The position numbers and the translations under genes were made by a program. A stretch of 32,000 nucleotides of DNA, from positions 480,001 through 512,000 of the forward strand of contig NZ_PQWO01000002.1 of assembly GCF_003231495.1 (NCBI RefSeq), given 5' to 3'. Source of the DNA: Acaryochloris thomasi RCC1774 (GTDB taxonomy: Bacteria > Cyanobacteriota > Cyanobacteriia > Thermosynechococcales > Thermosynechococcaceae). This document shows, piece by piece, positions 1 through 8,593 of the stretch. The notes below the pieces were generated by a model that did not search any database, was not told where the DNA came from, and worked only from the letters and a program-made list of their open reading frames with translations. Positions within the stretch are counted from its first letter, which is position 1. Each line of letters begins with the position of its first letter.

Positions 1-595
1 GTTTAAGACTCAGTAAAACCGGATCAAACCAGCCCTGCAGTTCCTGATGGAGATAGCCGTGGAAAACATCCATCGTATTTTCATTACAGATGGAGAAGTG
101 GGCCTGAAAATGCCCTGGAATCCGCACCATAAAGAATTCAGGATTGCCGTACTCTGGAACCTCTGGCAGAGTGGTCTGATCTGCCAAATCCCGATTGCCC
201 GGAAAAACCCAGACAATGCCGTACTGTTCTTGCACCGGATAGCTGCGAGCTTTAGCACAGGGAAGCTTTTGCTCAGGCGGGAAATAGGGGATATGGACGC
301 ACTCACCTTCACTATTGAACTGCCAGCCATGGTAGGGACAGGCAAGATGTGGGCCTTCAACCTTACCTTGATGGAGAGCGATACCTTTGTGGGGGCAGGC
401 ATCTTCCAATGCGTTGAGATTGCCCTGCTGGTCTCGATACAGGGCGATTGCCTGTTGCCAAATTTGCACGGGTTGAACAGTTCCAGGCTGAAGCTGATCG
501 GCCCAAGCAACGGGGTACCAGTGATCAGGGTTAATCCCCACCTCACGAACACGATTTTGAACCGTCTGTCCCTGTAGAGTTGTTGCTAGTTCCAT
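1..595 (-). CDS. Rieske [2Fe-2S] domain oxygenase, N-terminal part (gene continues past the left edge)
   Basis: This CDS is absent from the ORF track because it is open to position 1. The minus-strand frame from ATG 595-593 reads MELATTLQGQTVQNRVREVGINPDHWYPVAWADQLQPGTVQPVQIWQQAIALYRDQQGNLNALEDACPHKGIALHQGKVEGPHLACPYHGWQFNSEGECVHIPYF...VWVFPG...NENTMDVFHGYLH. It contains a CxH-x16-CxxH Rieske ligand motif (CPH...CPYH). Track ORFs 10..552(-) and 47..577(+) are other frames of the same DNA and show no motifs. Confidence 0.85.
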   Translation of the reverse strand, partial: MELATTLQGQTVQNRVREVGINPDHWYPVAWADQLQPGTVQPVQIWQQAIALYRDQQGNLNALEDACPHKGIALHQGKVEGPHLACPYHGWQFNSEGECVHIPYFPPEQKLPCAKARSYPVQEQYGIVWVFPGNRDLADQTTLPEVPEYGNPEFFMVRIPGHFQAHFSICNENTMDVFHGYLHQELQGWFDPVLLSLK

Positions 596-894
596 AGACT
601 CCACTTTTGACTGTGCCTATCCCTGAATAGTCACCATAGCGGATTCACCTGCACCATCTATACTTTGTGGGGCAATTTCTGAACCGTCACTGAGATATAG
701 AGCGAGACAGGATTCTCAATCAACAATAGTACTAATGGGTGTTGTTCATTGCTTTTTGTAAGGGGGAATGAACGTCAGGTTTCTAAGCTGAAAAAACAGG
801 CTTGAGGCTTCTGACTTGTTCAAATCTTCTGTCTGGGCGTATTGTATTGCGTCCTAGCTCTATTAAGGTATAGTCGCAACAGCATCTTGTCTCA

Positions 895-2148
895 ATGCTG
901 AAAGCGACCCTATTTTCTGTATCATCTTTGTCATTTGTGACTAAACTGACTTCTGCTCGGCCTCCGCTAATGCCAAAAACTCGACGGTTCCCGAAGCTGC
1001 CTCAGCGATTTGCCCTGTTGGGTGTATTGCTCGCGGCCGGTTGTCTGAGCAGTGCGGTCGGGTCGATTGTGGCGCCGGTCTTTCCTGAGCTAGTTGATCA
1101 GCTTGGGTTTGATCCAGAATGGTCGGGGCTGTTGGTGAGTACACACACGCTCACAACCGCTTTAGCGACGCCTCTATTGGGTCTCTTGGCCGGTCGCATC
1201 GGTAAGCTCAGGGTTTTGGTCTTGTCTTTGGTGGGTTATGCCCTGTTTGGGATTTCTGGGGCCTTTGCCAATAGCTACGGCATGATGATGCTCTCCCGTG
1301 GTCTAGTCGGGGCCTCCAGCGGCGGGATTGCGGCGGTTAGTATTGGTATTCTCAGCGATCTCTATGACGGTGAGGCGAGATCGCAAATGATGGGCTATGT
1401 GACCAGCGCCTTAGCGACCGCAACCGTCATTTTCCCGGTATTGGGGGGCTGGGTTGGGAACGTTCGATGGCAGTACGCCTTTTATCTCTACGTCATTGGT
1501 TTACCTGTGGCCCTCGCTGCATTTTTAGTCGTGCGCAGACAGCCTGAGAGCGCCTCGCCGGCGGTTGATCTTAGTCAGGCGGACGGGATTGGTCAATATT
1601 TACGGCAGTCCCGCATTCAGGTGCTGCTGCTGGGTTTAGCGTTAACCTCGGCTCTTTTTTACGTGGTGGTGGTGTATGCGCCGATTTATCTGAAAACGGA
1701 AATTGGTGCCAGTCCGATCGTGAATGGTGGCGTTTTGGCCGCTCGGGCCATTGGAGCGGCTGTGGTTTCGGCTTGGGGGGCCAGTCAGCTTGCCAAACGG
1801 ATTGGAGCGAATGCGGCCATTGCGGTGGGCTTTCTGTTGATGGCAGGTTCTTTGACCTTGATTCCGAATCTACAGGAGCCGCCGATCATTGTTTTGGCGG
1901 CTCTTCCGTTCGGGATCGGGTTTGGATTTGTAATGCCGAATCTTTACAGCGCAATTGCAGATTTGACGCCCCAGGCCCAACGCACTGGGATGCTGGCAAT
2001 TGGCACGGGAATTTCATCCTTTGGTCAGTTTGTGTCTCCGGCTGTTTTTGGTCCGCTCTGGCGGAATATCGGAGCCGATGTTTTCTATGTGGCTGCAGGG
2101 TTAGCCCTTGTTATTAGTCTACTGAGCCTGTCGCGTCGTTCGATCTAA
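895..2148 (+). CDS. MFS (major facilitator superfamily) transporter
   Basis: The 417-aa ORF has about 12 hydrophobic segments. An MFS-like loop (GLLAGRIGKLRVLV) follows TM2. The start is more likely ATG 970 (MPKTRRF...), because the first 25 codons look non-membrane. Confidence 0.85.
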   Translation: MLKATLFSVSSLSFVTKLTSARPPLMPKTRRFPKLPQRFALLGVLLAAGCLSSAVGSIVAPVFPELVDQLGFDPEWSGLLVSTHTLTTALATPLLGLLAGRIGKLRVLVLSLVGYALFGISGAFANSYGMMMLSRGLVGASSGGIAAVSIGILSDLYDGEARSQMMGYVTSALATATVIFPVLGGWVGNVRWQYAFYLYVIGLPVALAAFLVVRRQPESASPAVDLSQADGIGQYLRQSRIQVLLLGLALTSALFYVVVVYAPIYLKTEIGASPIVNGGVLAARAIGAAVVSAWGASQLAKRIGANAAIAVGFLLMAGSLTLIPNLQEPPIIVLAALPFGIGFGFVMPNLYSAIADLTPQAQRTGMLAIGTGISSFGQFVSPAVFGPLWRNIGADVFYVAAGLALVISLLSLSRRSI

Positions 2149-2151
2149 AGT

Positions 2152-3126
2152 TTAGCTGTCTGCTGGTGGAGACGTTGGATGAACTGCAGGCGGAGAGGAC
2201 CGGCGGAAAAGCAGGTGCTTTCCGGCAAAACCCAGCAAAAAGAGACCGATGAAATAGGGGCTGAAGGCAAGCAGCCAAACCCCAAGAGAGAGGAGTCCCA
2301 CGGTGAGTTCCCGCATGGCTCGCGTGGAATGGGCCCACGAATCCTTTAGGCTGTCGCCGATTACGGGCTGACGATTGGAAGATGCGATCGCATCTTTCAG
2401 GGTCAGGCGCACCGTCGAGTAAGCCACCTGATTTTGCAGCCGCTGTAGTTGAGCATCAATCTGCTCAATTGAAGCTCGAATATTGCTGAGTTCTTGAGTG
2501 ACCTTGAGCACGTCGGCCACCGACCCTGAGCGGTCGAGGATTTTTAGAACCTGCTCTTCAGATTTACGCAAGTTTCGTAGGCGCGCCTGAAAATCAACGA
2601 GCTGATTAGAGACATCCTGTGCCTGAATGGAACGACTCTGGACTTCCCCGAGCTGAGTCAGGCGATCCAGTGTTGTATCAAGTTTGGCTTGGGGAATACG
2701 CAACTCCATCGACGCCGTTTGGCGCTGAGAGGGATTCGCGGGCACTTCATCCTGTAATCCGAGAATATCCCCCTGCTGTTCTTTCACGACCTTAGAAACA
2801 GATTTGACCGCGCTTTCTACCGTCTCAACTTGCAGGACCATCTCTGCTGTCTTAATGAGCTGGGGTTGCTTGCGCGGGGTTCCTTCTGCTTTGCTGCCGC
2901 TCAAATCCTGTGGGGCTTCTGCGGGTGCGCCATCCCCTTGGGCCACTAGGGATTCAGAGGTCGAATCAGTTTCGGGGGCCGATGACGCACCGTAGTCACC
3001 GGGAGCCGCCGAACAACTGACGAGCATCATGCTGGTGAGCAGCGGAGCCATCAAAAGTACGGCGGGCCGCTTGGTTAATTGAGATGAAGCCATAGCAATA
3101 CCAAGATCTAATGCTGATGCAGCCAT
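2152..3126 (-). CDS. DUF4349-like lipoprotein (coiled-coil centre, C-terminal TM helices)
   Basis: A lipobox-like signal is present (LLTSMMLVSC). The central block LRIPQAKLDTTLDRLTQLGEVQSRSIQAQDVSNQLVDFQARLRNLRKSEEQVLKILDRSGSVADVLKVTQELSNIRASIEQIDAQLQRLQNQVAYSTVRLTL matches my memory of the DUF4349 pattern. The C-terminus is hydrophobic. Confidence 0.75.
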   Translation of the reverse strand: MAASALDLGIAMASSQLTKRPAVLLMAPLLTSMMLVSCSAAPGDYGASSAPETDSTSESLVAQGDGAPAEAPQDLSGSKAEGTPRKQPQLIKTAEMVLQVETVESAVKSVSKVVKEQQGDILGLQDEVPANPSQRQTASMELRIPQAKLDTTLDRLTQLGEVQSRSIQAQDVSNQLVDFQARLRNLRKSEEQVLKILDRSGSVADVLKVTQELSNIRASIEQIDAQLQRLQNQVAYSTVRLTLKDAIASSNRQPVIGDSLKDSWAHSTRAMRELTVGLLSLGVWLLAFSPYFIGLFLLGFAGKHLLFRRSSPPAVHPTSPPADS

Positions 3127-3222
3127 TATGGCTTAGCGTTAGGCTGCAACGGCCTGAGTTACCGTTTGTGTAACGGTTCTCAAATGGCCTTCAATATTGT
3201 TGGCTTTGTCGGGGTGGGAGGT

Positions 3223-3816
3223 TTAGCTGGCCCAGCTAAGGTAGGGGAGTTGGGTTGCGGTCTCTTTAATATTGTCGGCCTGCGCGACGAGTTGACCACA
3301 GGCATCCCAGGTGCCGGAGCGCAGCATTTGTCGAGGGCCGTCGCCCACGCTCACGGGGGCGACAAGATCGCCACATTTGACCTGGAGTGTTTCGAGATTG
3401 ACCTCCATTACAGCGGTCGGATCCTGCGCCAAGCGCTCTTGAAGCTGACCTATCGTTTCGGCATCGGCAGTGACGCAGGGAACGCCCATTGCCAGACAGT
3501 TGCCGAAGAAAATTTCTGCGAAACTCTCGCCCACAATCGCTTCGATTCCCCACTTTGCGATCGCCTGGGGGGCATGTTCCCGCGAAGAACCGCAGCCGAA
3601 GTTGCCGTTGACGACCAGTATCTTGGCGTCCTGATACTGAGGCTGATCAAAGGGGTGCTGTCCCTGAGCCTGCTTGCGGTCATCGGCAAAGACCTGTTCA
3701 CCAAGGCCATCAAAGGTAACGCAGCGCAGGAATCGAGCCGGGATAATCCGATCTGTATCAATGTCGTTGCCCTGTAACGGGATGCCGGGGCCAGAAATAG
3801 CTGTGATTTTACTCAT
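3223..3816 (-). CDS. leuD: 3-isopropylmalate dehydratase small subunit
   Basis: Sequence is [30 protein letters not shown]...[15 protein letters not shown]...[12 protein letters not shown] trimmed the track ORF (3223..3969) to ATG 3816. The 51-codon extension overlaps pdxJ and has no LeuD counterpart. Confidence 0.9.
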   Translation of the reverse strand: MSKITAISGPGIPLQGNDIDTDRIIPARFLRCVTFDGLGEQVFADDRKQAQGQHPFDQPQYQDAKILVVNGNFGCGSSREHAPQAIAKWGIEAIVGESFAEIFFGNCLAMGVPCVTADAETIGQLQERLAQDPTAVMEVNLETLQVKCGDLVAPVSVGDGPRQMLRSGTWDACGQLVAQADNIKETATQLPYLSWAS

Positions 3817-3851
3817 AGGTGTGGGTCTTTCGGTGCAAAGTATTAGAGGGT

Positions 3852-4574
3852 TTAAAGCTGACCTGCGATCGCAAGTTTCATTTCTCGAACAGCCCGCTCC
3901 AGCCCCACAAGGACCGACCGACTGATGATGGTGTGGCCGATGTTGAGTTCTTCCATCCCTTCGAGGCATGCAACGGGGTAGGTATTCCAGTAGGTCAAAC
4001 CGTGACCGGCATTCACCCGCAATCCTAGCGCAATCGCTTGCTGGCAGCCCTGGGATAAGATCTCTAATTCTTTGGCTTGGGCTGCTTCTCCCTTGGCTTC
4101 AGCGTAGGAGCCGGTGTGGATCTCAATAAATTTTGCCCCCACCGCCGCTGATGCCTCAATTTGAGCGGTGTCGGCATCAATAAAGAGGCTGACTGGAATT
4201 TGAGCGGCCTGCAGTTTTCCGACGGCCTCCGTGAGATAAGCCTGCTGGCCGACGATATCTAAGCCGCCTTCTGTGGTCACTTCTTCTCGTTTTTCGGGCA
4301 CAAGGGTCACGTAGTCAGGCTGAATATCGAGGGCGATACCCACCATCTCTTCCGTGGCAGCCATCTCTAGGTTTAGGTGCGTGCGAACCGTTTCCCGGAG
4401 CAGGCGCACGTCTCGATCTTGAATATGGCGGCGATCTTCTCTCAGATGCACGGTAATGCCGTCTGCTCCGGCCAGCTCAGCTAAGACAGCGGCGGCAACG
4501 GGATCGGGTTCGACCGTTCGACGGGCCTGACGGATCGTGGCGACGTGGTCAATATTGACTCCCAGAGTTGGCAA
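3852..4574 (-). CDS. pdxJ: pyridoxine 5'-phosphate synthase
   Basis: Sequence is (M)[25 protein letters not shown]...[17 protein letters not shown]...NAGHGL. The start codon is TTG (4574-4572), and there is no in-frame ATG near it. Confidence 0.92.
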   Translation of the reverse strand: MPTLGVNIDHVATIRQARRTVEPDPVAAAVLAELAGADGITVHLREDRRHIQDRDVRLLRETVRTHLNLEMAATEEMVGIALDIQPDYVTLVPEKREEVTTEGGLDIVGQQAYLTEAVGKLQAAQIPVSLFIDADTAQIEASAAVGAKFIEIHTGSYAEAKGEAAQAKELEILSQGCQQAIALGLRVNAGHGLTYWNTYPVACLEGMEELNIGHTIISRSVLVGLERAVREMKLAIAGQL

Positions 4575-4587
4575 GATAATGTCCTTT

Positions 4588-4616
4588 GATCTTGAAACAT
4601 CGGCAGGTTTCAGATC
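4588..4616 (-). other. Intercistronic stem-loop between the c6-like cytochrome gene and pdxJ
   Basis: Plus-strand GATCTTGAAAC (4588-4598) and GTTTCAGATC (4607-4616) form a 10-bp stem with a 1-nt bulge and an 8-nt loop. The stem ends 13 nt upstream of the pdxJ TTG start. No U-tract follows on the minus strand, so this is not a canonical terminator. Confidence 0.3.
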
Positions 4617-4645
4617 ATCGCATGCCCATTAGGAAGACAGCAAGT

Positions 4646-4975
4646 TTAATGCCAGCCCTGCTCAGCCTGCTCAAGAACATAGGCTGAGACCGTTTCTATC
4701 TCTGGTGCGCTCAGTTTATCGGCGTAGGCGGACATATTGCCCTTGCCGTTGGTGACTAGAGTTGCGATCGCATCCAAGCTATCCACTTTATTTTTTTGCA
4801 GCGCCTTTTTCCGCAGCGTCTTACCCCGTCGAATGATGTTTTTCCCTTGAGGATGGCAGCCTACGCAGTGAACTTCAAACAACTCGGCCCCTCCTGGTGA
4901 GCTAGAAATCGCCAATGCAGGCGCACTCGTGAGCCCCATGATGACTATCAACATCAGTGAGAAGAAACCGCGCAT
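4646..4975 (-). CDS. c-type monohaem cytochrome, cytochrome c6-like (c6B/c6C-type)
   Basis: A signal peptide is present (MRGFFSLMLIVIMGLTSAPALA). The haem motif is CVGCH. The sequence GKNIIRRGKTLRKKALQKN...IATLVTNGKGNMSAY...VSAYVLEQAEQGW is typical of cyanobacterial c6-like cytochromes. Confidence 0.8.
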   Translation of the reverse strand: MRGFFSLMLIVIMGLTSAPALAISSSPGGAELFEVHCVGCHPQGKNIIRRGKTLRKKALQKNKVDSLDAIATLVTNGKGNMSAYADKLSAPEIETVSAYVLEQAEQGWH

Positions 4976-5022
4976 TTAGATCACCTTTGTTCTGTTGCCA
5001 ACGCTACTTCAGCGTAACGCCC

Positions 5023-6603
5023 CTAACTATTATCGATCGAAACTTGGATGCTAGGACGCCCAGACTGTCCTGGAATAAGGGTCGTGTGAACTCGAGCGGT
5101 AGGAAGCTTCGTTGTCACATAATCCTCCACAGCGCTCACTCTACTTTGAACAAAAGGTAAGGCATTCTCTTTCTTAAAGGTGGCGTTGATCCGCAGGGTG
5201 TCTCCCTCAATGGCGGTACTGAGGACTCGATCCAAAGCAAAGGCGGCATCCGCGTCTAACTGGGCCGATGTTTCTTTGAGGCTGACGGCAATGGTTGCAG
5301 TGGTCCCCTTTGTGTCAATCTGGGAGGCCACTGACGACTCCGACATGGCCGCAGTGATTGTGACATCTGGGCAGCTATCAGCCGCGCTAGAGCTGGCGGT
5401 GTTGGCAACAAAACGCCCATCATAGAACTGTGCAAGGTCACCTGTTGGCTTAGGAATGCGGCCGCTTCCGTACAGCACCCGAGCCGTATAGCTGAGACGT
5501 TGCTCTAGAAGCTGATCGGCTCCGTTGATCCAGTAGTTCGCACAGTTGGCATCGAAAAAATAAACGCCTTGCAAAAAATTAAGTGCTTCGGGCGGGGTTA
5601 ATTCCCCCAGCTCCTCAAACTGTTGCCGCAGTGGGGTTTTATCCACCGTACTTCTAGCCATGTGCTCATAGTAGGCTTTGACAAAAGCCTGAACCTTGCT
5701 GGGATTCTCCTGCAGTACTTGAGGCGACGCAACCACCACATCTACAATTGAACGCTGGACATCTGCAGAAGAGAGGGAGGCAATATACCCGCTACGGGTC
5801 GACTGGGTGACATAGGGTTCCCAAAAGATACCGGCAGCAATTGTTTCCCCAGGCTGTGGATTTTGAAAACGCTGCCAAGCGGTCGAGGAGTCATCCACGC
5901 GAACAATATTGAATTTCTCGAGAGAGAAGTTTGGGGAGGTGTCGGCTAATAGGAGGCTGAGGTATTCGCTGGGCGTGCTGCCCGCAAAAACAATCGAAAG
6001 CAGTTCACCGCTTTCAGCAGCCTGATTGGCCGCCACATTCAAGTCTCGGACGCTGGTAACCTGGGGCAGCAGTTTATTATTGAGAACCAAGCGGTCTGCT
6101 CCGTGGGTCCAATCCCACATGGCGACGATTTTGCCCTCGCTGGGGGTCTCAAACATCTGGTTGATGGTGGTGACCATAAAGTCAGCTTCACCGGACGACA
6201 GCTTTTGCGATCGCACCTCTTGATCGAGTTCATCGGCGTACTCAATCGTGATATCGGCTTCTTTTAGGCTTTGCTGGAAGTCTTGATCCCAAAGCGTGCT
6301 GTAGCCCAGGAAGGTGTCTCCTAAAACCTCAATATTGGCCGGTCCCGTCAATGGCGGAATGGGATTGACCGCGCTATCTGGACTTTTGACCGGAGCGCTC
6401 GTAACTGGACTAGTGTTGGGCCTGCGCCAAAGAGCAATAAGTGCGATCGCAACCGTAAGTGCCCCCAAAATCAAAAGCGGGAAACCCACAGCCTTGCGTT
6501 TATTCAACTTCTTAGATTGAGATTCAGTTTGAAGAGTTGACTTGCGTTCATGAGAAGGTTTGTTATTACCGGACTGTCCTTCCAGATCTACTTCGGTCGC
6601 CAC
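5023..6603 (-). CDS. Membrane-anchored protein with an NMT1/SsuA-like periplasmic substrate-binding-type domain; function unknown
   Basis: The start is GTG 6603, with GGGAG 9 nt upstream. The protein has a polar N-terminal tail and one TM helix (GFPLLILGALTVAIALIALW). Next comes a roughly 330-aa region whose pattern (LSSGEADFMV..., GKIVAMWDWTHGADRLVL, FAGSTPSEYLSLLLA, ETIAAGIFWEPYV) resembles nitrate/sulfonate/taurine-type binding proteins. The C-terminal ~100 aa is faintly OmpA_C-like. The coding call is strong; the family call is tentative. Confidence 0.6.
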   Translation of the reverse strand: MATEVDLEGQSGNNKPSHERKSTLQTESQSKKLNKRKAVGFPLLILGALTVAIALIALWRRPNTSPVTSAPVKSPDSAVNPIPPLTGPANIEVLGDTFLGYSTLWDQDFQQSLKEADITIEYADELDQEVRSQKLSSGEADFMVTTINQMFETPSEGKIVAMWDWTHGADRLVLNNKLLPQVTSVRDLNVAANQAAESGELLSIVFAGSTPSEYLSLLLADTSPNFSLEKFNIVRVDDSSTAWQRFQNPQPGETIAAGIFWEPYVTQSTRSGYIASLSSADVQRSIVDVVVASPQVLQENPSKVQAFVKAYYEHMARSTVDKTPLRQQFEELGELTPPEALNFLQGVYFFDANCANYWINGADQLLEQRLSYTARVLYGSGRIPKPTGDLAQFYDGRFVANTASSSAADSCPDVTITAAMSESSVASQIDTKGTTATIAVSLKETSAQLDADAAFALDRVLSTAIEGDTLRINATFKKENALPFVQSRVSAVEDYVTTKLPTARVHTTLIPGQSGRPSIQVSIDNS

Positions 6604-7165
6604 TAAACGTCTCCCTCGGCGTGCAGAGTCTTTAACTGTATTGTGAAAACAAATTAAAACTGGTAGCAGCTATAACTTTTGAAGCGGTTAGTTTAGCCAG
6701 ACTATGGGTTGTCTCATCGTTAATTGATCATCTAGCTACGCTTACGTTTTAAGTCGCAACATGATTATCCCCCGATATCGCAAACATATCACAATTTAGG
6801 CCCGTTCCCAGCCTCTACACCCGATACCAAACTGCTAAACACCCTGTGAGTCAGGCTTTCGCTTGGATCCGCAGAACCTTGGCGTTTGTTCTGATTCTCC
6901 TGCCATTCCGATTGCGGTGGTGTTGCTATATCAAGAGAAATCTTTCTGCATTGGCCCCAAACTCTGAGGGATAGTGCACAGGTGTGGGTTCGTACAAGAG
7001 GTCTTATTGCTAGAGCTATCCCATGGATATCGCTTATTGCTATTTCAATGCATTCCTAATGTACAGATCTTCACATTAGATACTTCAAAATATTCAAAAC
7101 TTCAGGATAATATCTTTATCTTTAAGCTCATCCCGATTTACTGACCATCCAGGAAAAGACCCACC

Positions 7166-8488
7166 GTGCGTAATGTGACCCTTCATGCCTTTAATTGGCA
7201 GTACACCGACATCATCAACAACCTTGAGTCTATTCGGGATGCAGGATATGGAGCCGTCCTGATTCCACCACCGCTGTACTCAGAGCCAAACGGAGATCAG
7301 TGGTGGCAACGCTATCAACCTAAGGATTATCGGGTTTTGCTGTCCCATCTCGGGGGTAAGAAGGAACTGGAACAGCTAATTGCTGCTTGCCACGGTGGAA
7401 CGCCGCAACTGCAGGTGTACGCCGATCTGGTTATTAACCACATGGCGAATGAAGATCGGACCGATCACTTTGACTTTCCGGGGACGGCAGAGCTAGAACG
7501 CTACAAGAAGCACCCTGACCTGTACGAAGAGAATCGACTCTATGGTGACCTCAGCGAAAAATTGTTTTCGTGGTTTAACTTCAACGATGCGGGTGAGATT
7601 GAAGGAGATGAATGGTCAGACCGAGGTGCTGTCCAATATCAAAACCTATCGGGACTGCCAGATCTTAAGGATTCTGACTGGGTACTTCAGCAGCAGCACA
7701 ATATGGTGGATGCCTTAATAGAGATGGGGTTTGATGGCTTTAGGATTGATGCCATCAAGCACATTACAGAGCGCATGATTGATAACCTTGCTGATGATCC
7801 CAAGTTCAAGAAGCGGTTTTGGTTTGGTGAGGTTTTAACCGGCAGTGACCACGACGAAGATACCTTCCTCGATCCGTTCCTGCGAGAAACCTGGATGTCA
7901 GCCTATGACTTTCCCTTATTCCAGACGATTCGGGAAGCTTTCAGCTTTGGCGGTTCGCTGCGAACCTTGGCCCAGCCTCAGCATCAGGATAATTCTCTAC
8001 CCTGGAATCGAGCGGTCACTTTTGTTGTCAATCATGATATCCCTCACAACGATGGCTTTCGTTTTTGGCTGCTGGAGCGTCAGGATGAACATCTGGCCCA
8101 CGCCTATATTCTGGGGCGCGATGGTGGGGTGCCGCTGATCTATTCTGATCACAATGAATCTCATCATGAGCAAGACTATGATCGCTGGCTAGATCTCTAC
8201 AAGCGTCCTGATATCACCGCCATGATTGAGTTTCACAATGCGGTGGAGGGACAGCCGATGGCGATTCTATATGAGAACGACGTGCTGCTGGTTTTCCGGC
8301 GGGGAGACCAAGGAATTGTGGCTATCAACAAAAGTGGCTCGAACCAATGGGCAGACTTCAATACCTGGGGGCTTAAAAATCCCGGTCAGTATCGAGACTT
8401 GATTCATCGTTACGAGATGACGGTTTCAGGAGATCGCTTTTCTCTGTTGATCCCACCCCGAACAGCCCAAATGTGGCTGGCTGAGTGA
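7166..8488 (+). CDS. GH13 alpha-amylase family protein with no signal peptide (cytoplasmic)
   Basis: All four GH13 conserved regions are visible: DLVINHMA, GFDGFRIDAIKHI, FGEVL and FVVNHD. The N-terminus LHAFNWQY...GYGAVLIPPP is also typical. The start codon is GTG. Confidence 0.88.
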   Translation: MRNVTLHAFNWQYTDIINNLESIRDAGYGAVLIPPPLYSEPNGDQWWQRYQPKDYRVLLSHLGGKKELEQLIAACHGGTPQLQVYADLVINHMANEDRTDHFDFPGTAELERYKKHPDLYEENRLYGDLSEKLFSWFNFNDAGEIEGDEWSDRGAVQYQNLSGLPDLKDSDWVLQQQHNMVDALIEMGFDGFRIDAIKHITERMIDNLADDPKFKKRFWFGEVLTGSDHDEDTFLDPFLRETWMSAYDFPLFQTIREAFSFGGSLRTLAQPQHQDNSLPWNRAVTFVVNHDIPHNDGFRFWLLERQDEHLAHAYILGRDGGVPLIYSDHNESHHEQDYDRWLDLYKRPDITAMIEFHNAVEGQPMAILYENDVLLVFRRGDQGIVAINKSGSNQWADFNTWGLKNPGQYRDLIHRYEMTVSGDRFSLLIPPRTAQMWLAE

Positions 8489-8593
8489 GGGGTGGTTGAA
8501 GACGGCTAATGCCGTTCGCACCTTTCGGTCGTCCACAGGGTTTCCGCCTGTAGAGGTAGATCGGTTGAAGACTATTGCAAATCTGCAAATTCC

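Noticed and set aside
10-577. Track ORFs 10..552(-) 180 aa and 47..577(+) 176 aa
   Set aside because: Both are alternative frames of the DNA that encodes the Rieske protein (minus strand, ATG 595). Neither shows any motif. The Rieske frame explains the open frames as shadow ORFs.
3166-3969. ORF 3166..3777(+) 203 aa and the 51-codon 5' extension of the leuD ORF (3817..3969)
   Set aside because: The plus-strand ORF is antisense to a clearly recognisable leuD. The extension has no LeuD homology, has a biased Arg/His/Gly composition and overlaps pdxJ. The ATG at 3816 gives the canonical MSKI... start.
6846-6974. 42-codon ORF (GTG start) encoding MSQAFAWIRRTLAFVLILLPFRLRWCCYIKRNLSALAPNSEG in the amylase upstream region
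   Set aside because: It has a non-ATG start and no SD. Its hydrophobic stretch is only ~11 residues. I cannot test conservation. It is mentioned only as a possibility inside the long spacer.
6975-7000. GGGTTCGTAC resembling a tRNA T-loop (GGTTCGA)
   Set aside because: The flanking bases cannot form a T-arm stem, and no acceptor or anticodon arms can be drawn. It is not a tRNA.
8496-8572. Direct repeat GGTTGAAGAC (about 8496 and about 8563) and weak hairpin GACGGC-TAAT-GCCGTT (8501-8516) between the convergent amylase and secreted-protein genes
   Set aside because: The stem is only 5-6 bp and no U-tract follows. A 10-nt repeat seen twice is within chance for a quick visual scan. This is not enough to call a terminator or a repeat element.
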